From Klebsormidium nitens (taxonomy: Eukaryota; Plantae; Klebsormidiophyceae), in assembly GCA_000708835.1 (NCBI GenBank), contig DF236975.1, forward strand, positions 1 to 64,000: a stretch of DNA of 64,000 nucleotides. Reading direction: 5' to 3'. Made by a program: the position numbers and the translations under genes. Below the pieces are notes generated by a model. That model worked only from the letters and a program-made list of their open reading frames with translations. It was not told where the DNA came from and did no database searches. Below, piece after piece: positions 9,801-21,200 of the stretch; within the stretch, counting starts at the first letter, position 1, and every line of letters starts with the position of its first letter.

Positions 9801-12126
9801 GAGCTGGTGACTCCTCGGGAACGGTCTGAACTGACCGTCCACGGTCACTCTCTGTCCGGGCCCCCGGCCTGCAGCGGTAACGGTCAGGTCCTGGGCTTTG
9901 TGGCACATAGCCTATGCTCGAGGGGCTGACCACTGGGTGCCCGGTAGACTGACCAGGCAGAGTTGGGTGGGAATGCAAGGTCGCGCCAACTGAGTTTCAC
10001 AGGCTGGCCCGCCGCGCGGTAGCCTGCCAGTACCCATAGCGGCCGCGTGCATGCCAGTGCGAGCGGCCGCTCGATCAGCTAGGGCCATGACTCAGGGCCA
10101 TGCAGCTAGCCAGCTGGGGATAGGGTCTACCGCGACGTCGAAAAGTTCTCCAATGTGTTTTCGATCAGAGTCACCATTGCTTCTCACTTTGTGCATGCCC
10201 GGCCGCTAATTAAGCGGGTGCAGATCGCGCTCGGCTAGGCGCTCCAGCGCTCCTTCATCCGTAGTGTGCCATTACTGCCGCCGATGGCGCGCCACGTATC
10301 ATTCATGTATCTTTGACGAAGAACTAGTCGGCTTCTTTCTATCACATTCTTGTCACGCATTACGTATGCAAATTGGATTCTGCTGACGGCGACGTGCAGT
10401 CACAGTATGAGGACAGAATGGAACTTCGAATTGTGCAGCTAATTCGACGCGGGTGCAATGGAGGATCCTTGAATCATGCTGCTCGCACTATCGCATATGG
10501 AACGAAAAACAGCGTCTACAAACCGGTCAGGCTTCTTTCCAATCCGCATTTGATCAAGCACTTCGTAGACCGCGACAGCATCCATCCTAATGTCAAGCCT
10601 CTCGAGGTCCAAACAATGAATGCATCAAGTGGACTAGTACTATCTGACCGTCAAGAATTATGATTGAAACGAAGTCCTTTGAGTCCTCGTAGCAGCAGCT
10701 GATTGTGATTCATCTGGCCCCGAGAAAGGGTCATGCCTCACGACTAGCTTTCCCACCTGAATACCATGCAGATAAGTTCAAAACAGTCCAAAGCCTGTGT
10801 TCGCCTCCCTAACAGAGCCCGCTTGAGAAACTCGAACAGCGTCCTCCAGAGATCACATGTGGGAGTGAGTACGACGTCGTCAGGACCCCTGAGCTATTTG
10901 ATACGATGGGAACTTCACGCTTGACGGTTTCGAAAAACTTTTTGTCGTTCTCGCAGAACCTTCAAACCTTGCAAATTCTGCATGTGCATGATCAAGGCTT
11001 TTCCATTGGCACAGGTTTCGCGAGCAGTAGATAAGGCTAGTACTTCCGCCAAGGAAGCTGCTCGACACGAAGACTTTCTCGCACTAACGAACAAAACGTT
11101 CCTCATTATTCTTTCATTAGATGTGGCCATCATGCTTGATGCTCAAAGAAAACACGTCAAGAATTGGAGCTGATGCTGGCAGAATGAAGCTGGCAGGTCC
11201 CTTTGGAAGCGGCCTGACGTGTCCGCAAAATCGCCGGGTTGACCTCTTACGAGCTTCGATGCATGTTGAATGCAAGAAGCGGCTGAAAAGCTACGCTTGA
11301 AAAAATGAAGTAAGAACGTCCGTTACTGCAATTGTTCCTTCTCTATGTGTTTGCCTTTATCGAACACCATAAGGCGTACCAAGAATACGAGTCAAGCAGT
11401 CAATAAGTTGGTTGAAGTCTGCAAGCCTCAAGCTAAGGCTCACTCATTCCACCGTACCCCGCTGCTGCAGTGCAGTAGAATGGCCTGCTCAAATGACCTA
11501 TAAAAGGACAGGACTAGACCAAAATCTGTCGATCAAAAAGCTGCAACATATCCAACACGTTGTAGGACTGCGTCTAATCGCGATCAGCAGTCAATAAGGC
11601 TGGACCATCGTCTTTTGAGGAGCTACTGTATGTTACAGTCCCTTTCGTATAATTGTGGTTTTCTCTTGTCGGACGTCTGTGGGTGGAAATATTGGGGGGC
11701 TGAGATCGTGTCTGTGCCCCGTCTGTGCATTTGCTGATAAGGAGCAATGAGCTGCAGGTGCGCGTTCAGGTTCAGAGGTGATGATGCACGTTCAAATCAT
11801 TTCACAGCTGTCACAGGCACTGCATCCGAGGCTCGGCGGTTGTACACATGGCAATAGTGTGAAAAGGATTGAAGTGAGCATCGATGAGCTTTCCGCCTCT
11901 GGCCAGGCAAGGTGCCGCTCTCAACTCTGATTGCTGTAAATTGAGCCCGCCATGACTATCTCCATGACTGTATCCATCGAAAACTGGCGGGTTGGGTCTT
12001 GTCAACGATCGTCGTCGGATTCAAGCCGCTGTGGCTCAGCTGATCAGGCACGTCGACTTCGGAAGGTAGGTTTCGGAATGAAGGCGGCCTCGAGCAGACT
12101 GCCGGCTGCCGACAGACAACAGATTC

Positions 12127-13563
12127 ATGAAAGTCGATGATCGAAGCTCTGCAGAGGCCGCGAAGCTATTATTTCAGTCTTTCATTATCCCTCAAAAGCA
12201 TCAACGGTTTTGTTGGAGAAGGTCGAAGGACTGCATTTGCGAACTAAGGGCATCCTATCCTACATCGAAAATGCTTTCCTGGTCCTCTTCAGCGCTGCTC
12301 TTTCTCTTGACTTGGTTGCCTTTCTGGGGAGCGATTCTTGATGGAGCTTGCAGATTGGGGCATAGCTTGTCTGCTGAGCTTGCTCAAACGCAGTACGAAC
12401 TTGGCATAAGCGCCTTGAACAAGAACCCCGCCAAAGCACTAACGTTCTTCACGGGAGCAGCTGAGCTTGGGCACTCAGAAGCGCAATACGAGCTAGGGCA
12501 GGCGTATGGTTCTGGCGAGACCGGGATTGAACAGGATTTGGGAGAGGCGGCAAAGTGGTTCAAACAGGCAGCTGACCAAGGACATCTAGACGCGCTCAAC
12601 TTCTTGGGCATCTGGTATCAAGAAGGGACAGCAGTGATCCAAAACCATCTTGAAGCTGCTGCTCTATTCAAAAAAGCTGCAGATCAGGGGTCTGCCTTGG
12701 GGCAATTCAACCTGGCAATTTGTTATGAGCACGGGATGGGAGTCTCTCGGAACGAGGCTGAGGCAACTGCGCTCTACAGAAAGGCGGCAGATCAAGGGGA
12801 TGCCTCTGCGCAGTTCAGTCTGGCAATCTGTTATGCAGATGGAAAGGGAGTTGATCAAGATGATGTTGAAGCAGTTGAACTTTATAAGAAGGCGGCTGAA
12901 CAAGGACGTTCTGACGCTCAATTCAATCTTGCACAATGTTATGCAGAGGGTCGAGGAATTGCTCAAGATGACGTGGAAGCAGTTGCTTGGTACACAAAGG
13001 CGGCTGAACAAGGAGACGTTGACGCTCAGTTCACTCTGGCAGAATGCTACGAAGAAGGCTACGGAGTTCATCCGGATGAGGTCGAAGCAATCGCGTGGTA
13101 TACAAAGGCTGCCGAACAGGGGGATGCTGAAGCACAGTGCCGACTTGAAGGTTTGCAGCGCGGGAAGGGCAAAGTAGGCTTTGATCAAGACGATCGTGAG
13201 AAGCTGGCTGTTGAACGGTATACGAAGGCAGCTGACCAAGAACACTCTCAAGCTCTCTTTCAACTGGCAGAATGCTGTGACAAGAGCATCGGAGTCAGTC
13301 AGGATAAGATGGAGGCGTTTGCAAGATCTGTCAAGGCCGCTGAGCAAGGTTGCGCTGATGCGCAATTCAGTGTGGGTGTCTTCTACTCGAGTGACGTAAA
13401 GTGGTTGGGATTGCCTCCGAATCAGGCGAAAGCAGCAGAGTGGCTGAAGAAAGCGGCTGAGCAAGGTCATGAGGAAGCGCACCTCAAGCTGATGAAAGAA
13501 TGGAAGGCTGCGGACGAAGGGGATGCTGTTGAAGGAGGTTCGCTGATGTGCGATTGGTCCTGA
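12127..13563 (+). CDS. Sel1-like repeat (SLR) protein
   Basis: About 9 repeats of 36 aa (AAEQG..DAQF.LA.CY..G.G...D..EA..WY.K), with a 108-bp DNA period across ~12700-13140. The start is uncertain (possible acceptor near 12352). Confidence 0.9.
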   Translation: MKVDDRSSAEAAKLLFQSFIIPQKHQRFCWRRSKDCICELRASYPTSKMLSWSSSALLFLLTWLPFWGAILDGACRLGHSLSAELAQTQYELGISALNKNPAKALTFFTGAAELGHSEAQYELGQAYGSGETGIEQDLGEAAKWFKQAADQGHLDALNFLGIWYQEGTAVIQNHLEAAALFKKAADQGSALGQFNLAICYEHGMGVSRNEAEATALYRKAADQGDASAQFSLAICYADGKGVDQDDVEAVELYKKAAEQGRSDAQFNLAQCYAEGRGIAQDDVEAVAWYTKAAEQGDVDAQFTLAECYEEGYGVHPDEVEAIAWYTKAAEQGDAEAQCRLEGLQRGKGKVGFDQDDREKLAVERYTKAADQEHSQALFQLAECCDKSIGVSQDKMEAFARSVKAAEQGCADAQFSVGVFYSSDVKWLGLPPNQAKAAEWLKKAAEQGHEEAHLKLMKEWKAADEGDAVEGGSLMCDWS

Positions 13564-13697
13564 GGATGTGCAGATATGCAGAAATGCTTCATAATTGTCA
13601 CATGAGCAATGACGTGGGACAGCTAAGGAGATTGATTGAAGTGCGATTTGTCTTGAGGATGCGCAGGTATGCAGGACTGCTTCATACTTGTTACATG
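13545..13697. repeat. 93-bp-period tandem duplication overlapping the SLR stop codon
   Basis: GTGCGATT.GTC.TGAGGATG.GCAG.TATGCAG...TGCTTCATA.TTGT.ACATG at 13548 and 13641. Confidence 0.8.
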
Positions 13698-15265
13698 CCA
13701 CTGCTAGCAATACAGAGTCACAAGTTTCAGGACTTCTTCTACTTTTGAGCCTCTGCACCTTTTGGCAAAGTGGCAACACGAAAGCCAGGATTCGCTTACT
13801 GTGTCCATCTAATGTACTCGGATAGGAGAGTTGCTTCCGTCCTTGTTAGAACCCAAGCATGATGGCGGCCTAGAGTCAACCTGAAATATGCTGATTCGTA
13901 TCCTTGGTACACAGGTCTCATTCTGATTACTCACCCAGGTTTGCAAGTTCTCCGTTCAAGCAGCCTCCCTTTCCTTAGATCGTGACGTGAACTAGGTTCT
14001 TGGAGGATGAAAGAGGTTCTCCTAATTTCACGTACAGAAATGAAGCGCGGTATGCAGGCTCCGGTTATGCTTGCCACGCGCCGAATCAATTCATACGCCC
14101 CAAATTGCTTGATCAGCGCGCATGGCCAATCTTTTGTCCTCCATGAGCAACCTGCTTCTGGCTCTTTTGGTAACTCAATAGGTCCATCTCAGTGTCCATT
14201 TCAATGGCCGCTCGCGATCACCAAAAAGCTTTCACTTCCTAAGCGAGCTTAATTAACACTGACGAGCTTTGTTTCAAATTTCCCCGTATTTTATCAGTAG
14301 TGGGCCTGCACAGCTCAATATATTGCTTTCAGTAGCGACATACGGTATACTAACCCTCACGTGAATCGATGCCCCGCATGTGGTTGGTCAACAGCAGCTT
14401 TAACTCTTACTGCACGTGTGTGTACTATAGTCATTGATCGAAAGCTGACTAGATGTTCAATCATGCAGGATCCGATCGCCCCGAGCTCTCTGCCCGTTCG
14501 CTTGAAGAGCTTGATTATGGATTGAGAGTAAGCTAGTCCATGCAGCTCACTAAGTCAGTGCGCGGTGGCAGAAGACACTAAGTTCAGCTCTGTGCATTTT
14601 TGGGGCTAGGCCGCGCAGCGCACGCCAGGCAGGCGCTGCTGTGCCGTCTATAATATCGCATAATCAACTTATGCACGCTCAGCCCTGAACATACTGTGGC
14701 CGGCGGGGGCCCGTATACGTAATTGCTGCAGTCGGAGTCACATGTACAAACGTCACGCTAGTTAATAACGCGTTTATAATAGTGCCAGAGCTAGTCGCGA
14801 TCAGACCGGCTTCAGATGGCCACTAAATTTCACCGCTTAACCATTGAACGAAGAAGCCAGGCACAATTGAACCTCTGTGTCGGATTGCATGTCATAGAAT
14901 CAGCCGTGCGTAAAACGGCAATGGTAAGGTGTCAACATATATCAGTGCATGGTCATCACAAATACTTCCGCCGAAGAAGGCTTGGAGCCATGCAATGCAG
15001 ACGAATCATTGAAAGTCATCTTACTAGTGAATGAATTCGATCAGAATGCAGCCACAGCCCCAGGCCGCATCAAGATGTCTTCGTTTCGCGTCATACTGAT
15101 GCCTTGTCCGTCTACTACACTGGCCGGAGTTTGGCGTGTCAGTGGCCATGGGGCGTACTAGTCAACACAATTTGATACTGCCCGGTCCTAAAAAGCAACA
15201 CTTGGAGCCAAATAGACACGAAAAGAATGCCCAATTTTGAACAACTCATTCTAAAGAATGCTCGT

Positions 15266-18200
15266 CTACCTCTTCCCCCTAGCAGAAACGCCCGTCCTCC
15301 GTTCGGTGTCTTCCAAGATCACGCCATCCTTTTGTATCGCGTGCGCCTCGATATCCGCACCCGGCTCGTATTCCGTCCCTCGGAACTCCGGCGCAATATC
15401 CTTCAGCCTCTGCTTGTCGTTTTCTATCACGTTCGGGTGACCATCGATACTCTCTTGCATCTGCTCGATATCTGGATTCGGAGCTTCCGCTTTCGCCTGC
15501 TCTTGGTTACCTCTAACCCTCCCCTCCTTAGGCCCTGACCCTTTGTCGGACGCTTGTTTCTGCCCCTCTTTGCCGGAGGGCGCCATCTGCTCAAAGATGC
15601 CCAACTCAATATCGCCCTCCAGATCATCGTATTCCCTTTGAGGATCCTGCATCGACAAACATTGCTCAGATCCTTGTGCACTGGTAAGATTCACCTTCAA
15701 GATAACACGTGTCAGCCAAGAGGCACACTGTTGCAGTAGGGATTGGCATGTGTATGTCTCAGCAATTCTTGCACTGATGAAGTTGGCTCAACGGCAGACT
15801 ACACAACGCTCGGTTTTCAGAAATGTTAGGATGTCTGCTGAGTGCTTTGTGACGGCTTTATGGACGGCGTACAATTCGGTGAGATAGAATACTCCATAAC
15901 TTACAAAAGACAATGTAGGACTTCTCGAAGATCTTCAAAGACGAAAAATATATTCCAACGCCTTCGGCTCTCATCCCGCAGAGCTCTTGGTAAAAGTTGG
16001 ACTTCCGATCAGACAAATGACGATTACGCTTTCAAACCGTCACCGACTTTGCGCGAAAAAGCACTTCCCCAATCTTTTCGATTCTGAAACCGAGAGTCCC
16101 CCTGATAAAGTTCCGGCTTTCTCGGACGTCCGTAGCCTCACCTCTTCCACCGTCATATATCCGGAAAACTCATCCCCGTCCGAAAACTCGTCGTAGTCCT
16201 CCACCTCTCCGACGGGGTCCAAGTCGGGGGATCCACCACTCCCCTCGCTGTTCTCCGCCCACACCCCCAGCTCCTCAGTCGCGCGCTTCTTCCCGATCCA
16301 CCGCGCGAGCTGCTTTAGGGGTATCCTCTCCACGACGTCCTGCACGGAACCTCTAGAGGAAATGTCCCAGTTGACCGCAGCCCTGATAAAGCCCTGGGAG
16401 TCGATCTCCGATTCTTTCACCGCCCGGTTTGGCGTCGCCCAACTCCAAATGCTGTTCTCGTCCGGTGTCGGCGCCCCCAAATCGTCGTCGACGCTCGACT
16501 GTTTCTCCTCGTCCTCCGTTCGCTTCCCCACCCAGCTCCATACGCTATCCTCCTCCTGCGCAGACCCCAGGTCATCGTCTCTCTCCGGGCCCCTTTCCTG
16601 CATTTTGTAGCCCCCGCCGCTCGAGCGGCTTGTCTCGCCCACTGTTGCGGACGCCCACGCCCATAAGGTATCGTCCGAAGTGCTGCTCTCGGACGCTGCT
16701 TCGCGGTCCGCCCATCCGGAAACGGACGGCATCGACTCGCTCGTCTCCTCTGAACGCACAACGCTTGCTCCGTTCGTCGACTTCCGGGGGACCGTCACGG
16801 CGTCTCGGTCTTGCTCCGCCGTTGAAGCGGACACCGACGCGCCGTCACCTTCTAAGGCATCTTTCCCTGCCGTCTCTCCATCAACTGATGATCCCGCCAC
16901 GCCGCTGACGTCATTAACGACGAAAGCCACGCTCCCGAAACCGCCCTGCGTGGCCAACGAGGGACCGCTCGCTCCATTCTCTGATCCCGCGCCCTCCGTC
17001 GCAGGCGCGCTGACGTCAGCAACCGCAACTGCGGCCAACGTGGGCGCCCCTGGCGCCCCCTCCGCGCTGACGTCATCTTTGACCGCCCCTTCTTTGGCGG
17101 GCACTAGACAGTACGGCCCCTGCTCGGTCCCTAACCCGTACTTCAACTTAACCTGCTCCATCTTCAGCTCTTCCAGCTGCTTCCGCAGTGCAATCTCCTG
17201 CTGCAAAAGCACCCCCTCCTCGAGTTCTCTCCACGAAGCCAGCGCAACGCCCCCCGGAAGCGGGATCTTCCCGTCTTCCGTTACCCCCCCCAAATCCTTC
17301 CCCAAAACCCGGTTTCCTGTAGCAGTAACCGGCTGTCCCCCCGTTTGCAGCACACTCGCTGCGGCAGCTGCGCCCGCCACAGCCTCGGCAGCCGGGGGGG
17401 CCGTTCTCGGGCCTCTTTCCAGCTTCGGGGGGGTGATCATGACTAGCTGCGACTCAGCGGACTCCCCCCCCTTGGCGCCCCACTCCTGAGCTCGGAACTC
17501 CATCGACTCCCTCAGAGTCCGCCGCAGAAACGTGACGTCATCCTGCCTCATCCCCAGGTCTTCCAGCAGCCGGGACCCCAACCGAAGGCTGGTCTCCGTG
17601 TTTTCCGGAACCACTTCCGTGGCGCCCGCGAGTTTCAGCTCATACGAGTGGCTCAGATCTTGCGCGCGTGCGTAGATCGGCACCTCTTTGTAGATCTCGG
17701 CAACGCTCCGCACGGCTTGAACCGCGCGCTGGCGTCCGGTGTAACAGACCATGATCGCCTTGGGTTTGGTTACCCCTGCGCTGGTTAAAATCTGGGGCCG
17801 GCTGCCGTCGCCGAAAATAACCGGGAAACCCAGGCTGCGCGCAGTCTTAACCCGTTTCGGGTCAAGATCAAACGCGACGTAGGGCCAGCCTTTGGATTGG
17901 GAAGCCTCGGCGCTGGACAGGGGGGTGGATAACAGGTTGGCCAGGACCTGAGAACAGAGAAGAAAAGAAAGGTTTCGGCGTTAGGTGATTTGCTAATCTG
18001 AGGGAAAACGTGAGAACGAAACGCATTGCCGAGCATTGCAAAATGGCCGAAAAGTACCAATTCTCTCAGAGAATGCCCCTCACCGAGTCGCTAAGCAGAA
18101 TTGAGCACGCCAGCGACAGAGTAGAGGCAAGAAGAAAATCGGTCAAGCTGTTCAATGCGGGAGCACATGTCTTCAGCTTTTGGAAACGGAACCCTTCTCA

Positions 18201-21200
18201 GTTCTTTCGTCGTATAGGAAGGCAAATCTGTGTGATCGCTCCCTTCATTCTACGTTTGAAAGCACAAAAGGACTCGACTCTCAAAGGGGTTTTGTTCCCA
18301 TAAAGAGGTTTTCGATTGTGGCAGACGTCTGTTGCCCTCGATCTACTTTTCACGTGACTTCCTCTTCCGAGCAATTTCGACACCAAGGACGCTGAGTGTT
18401 TCCGATAGTTGCGGGCTTTTCACCCTGTTCATTCACTGCTTCACCTTACAAGCCTGCCATCGCTATCTTTTTGCCATACTCCTGCCCAAGCTGTTGCAAG
18501 AAATCCTTCCAAGCCAGTCCAAGCTGCCTAAAGATCCAGAAGCCTTGAACCCAAAACCTTGATACCCATTCAAGTTCTCTGCCACTTTTCTTCGAATTCC
18601 GAAGCTACTCCAGAAGCTGTGGAGAGTAGCTTATACTGGCAAGCGCGTGTAGAAAAATTAGCATCCGGCAGACGGATGGGGTTAGACAAGGGATTAGGGT
18701 GGGTGCGGGTGCGGAGCGCATCGAGTGTCAAGGTTGGTCAGCTGATAGCTGAGATGCCTGAAGCTTCTGTCTTATTTCAAGCTGCGATGAATGCCAGTTT
18801 CTTTTGGTGTTATTTGAATATACTCCCTTCTTACCTGTCCAAGCTGCCCGAACCCAATGATGACGATCGGCTCCACCGCCTCCGTGATCTGCGACTGTGC
18901 GTCCGCGTCGATGTCGATGACTTCGGTGAATATCTCATCGATCTTGACGGCCAGCCAGCGGCCCAGCTCATTCAGCAGCGGAGTGAGGGCCATCGAGAGG
19001 ACAACCACGATGATGAGCAGCCGGTTCAGGTTGGACGGGAGAACGCCCAACCTGCAGAGAAACAATGTTCTATTATTTCGCTTTTTCTTCTTCTTTTTTT
19101 GCAACAAATCGACTTCATGTTTTGCAATAAACTGACCTCAAGCAGCAAAGAACAAGAAACGCCCTTTCCTGTGCGACTTTTCCCTTCGAGTCGCTGTATG
19201 CAACACTTGAGAAAACTTCGGTTTGGGTGCTGGTTACTGGCCAGCACGCCCACCCGCAGGTCAAAACATCGGCTCAGAGGTCATCTTCCTCCATAGATTG
19301 TCCCTCCGGAAGTTTACGAAAAACACTCAGGGAGCGGATGTTCGGTCTGATCGCTGTTCAAATCTGAGTGCAAGCACGCTCAAAAGTGGGAGGAGGGACA
19401 AAGGGGTTGTTGTCCCGAATGACAGCCCAGAAGAGAGGGTATGAAGCTGGTAAGGAACTCGGTGTCTGCAAAATGGAAAGCTAAAGCAGCAGGATCGGTG
19501 CAACTACTCGATCGAATGCATCAGATAGAGATAGAACGTGAATCAATGGACGTGGTCGGGGAAAGCGACTGCCTTTACGGTAAAGAGCACACAAGATGCA
19601 ACCACTTGATTGAGAGACGCAAGTGAAGGCTGACGCCTTCGCAGCATCTCGAAACCCCGAAACTGAATCGAGCGACCTCGTCAAAGGGAAGTAGCGCTTG
19701 GTAGACGCCGATCGAGCAACCCCTAACCTCAAGGAATCCAAAAACCTAAAACGCTCGTTTCAAGTAACAGCGGACGCACCTGTTGGCTAGAGCGAGAACG
19801 ACAAAGGCGAACTCGCCCCCCTGCGACAGCAGCAGTCCAGTGCGGACGCTTTCGGCGAGGGTGAGTCCGAACCGCGGGGCCAGTCCGGTAACGATTCCGG
19901 TCTTGACCGCCAACATGCCGAGGAGCAACGCAGTGATGTCCGGCCAGTTGGTGGCGATGAGCTGCGGAACGGAACGGGAACGGAACGGCTTGTCAGGAGT
20001 TGACAAACGATGCGGTAAGCTTTTGCGGAGCTGAGGATCTAAGCGATCGCTTATCAGGTCTGAAGTGTTCTATTCGTCCTCTCTCAAGTTCTTGTCTGCC
20101 CCAAGGTCGAACCTCGGAGAAACCCATTGAAGCCTAGACACAATTCGTAGGAAGTTTCAATTCGAGCCCCTATCGCAGTCAGAAGATCAGTGCCCTTTCT
20201 GCAGCGCTACCAAACAGGTCGGTTCTGACGATGCAGCGACCGAATTTTTCATCAGAATTGAACAGCACCGCTTACGACCGTTGGTCACCAGAAAATCACA
20301 CAAATCATCTGGCGTGATAAAAGAGATCAACAGCGCGCAAACAACCTGGGAAGGAGAATGCAGAAGGTGACAAAACCTGTAAGTAGAGGTGGGTGACTTA
20401 CACCGAGGTCGATGGAGGTCCCGGTAGTGACGAAGAACAGCCCGATGAGCAGTCCACGGAAGGGCTTGATGTCCGCTTCGATCTGCGTCCGGTAGTTGGT
20501 CTCGGACAGAAGCGCACCCGCCAGAAACGCGCCCAACTGCGGAGAAAACGACGGGCTTCATTTCCATAAAAGTGTTGAAAAGTAGTTGTCTAAAAAGTGC
20601 AGCTACTCCTCCATCAGATCACATTTGATTGACACAGAACTTGGGCAGGTTGCCCAGAAGAAGTATCATAGGTGCACGTTTTAGCTCTAGTAATATTTCC
20701 AATTTTCAAGTAGTCAGGTGCCGTTAAAGAACCTTCAACTAATCTGATGAGCCGTTCGGAATCACCACGGTATACTTGGACAACCATCGTGGCGGCATTC
20801 TCATGGTTGCAATACCAGCTTCTCCCTGACTGCAAACCTCTTGCGCGTCTGAAAGGCGGGAACAGGCAATTGGCAAGACGCGCTGCTTGATCTCCTGTTT
20901 CGGATGCGTCTGCGCATATTCGCTCTGATGGGGAGCTGCATATTTCAGAAATGAAATTTCACAAGTCCAACCCGGAAAGCTCTCAAACCCTATTGGAGAC
21001 TTTGTATGACGACGGGCCAAACTGTACTCTTCGTTGCACAGCTTAGGCTGGGCTAAACCAAGGGCCCAAGTGAAATTTGTTGTACGAAAGTCCGTTCAAT
21101 CTATGCAGTTCTTGTATACCTCGCCTTACTCGTGAGGTTGCGTCGAAGCTCACCGTGTCACTGAAGCCCAGCTTCTGGGTGAGGTACGAGGTCCCCGTGG

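Noticed and set aside
10373-11173. Short ORFs possibly from a decayed transposase or gene
   Set aside because: Stops in all frames and no motif I can recognise.
12664-13779. 371-aa minus-strand ORF
   Set aside because: Antisense shadow of the Sel1-repeat CDS, with no recognisable motifs.
15266-15700. Acidic 144-aa ORF as a separate gene
   Set aside because: No ATG start, and it has an in-phase acceptor matching the KEA3 donor at 16141, so it is treated as the last KEA3 exon.
16429-17489. Plus-strand ORFs of 159 and 269 aa
   Set aside because: Antisense to the GC-rich KEA3 exon; Ser/Pro-rich shadows.
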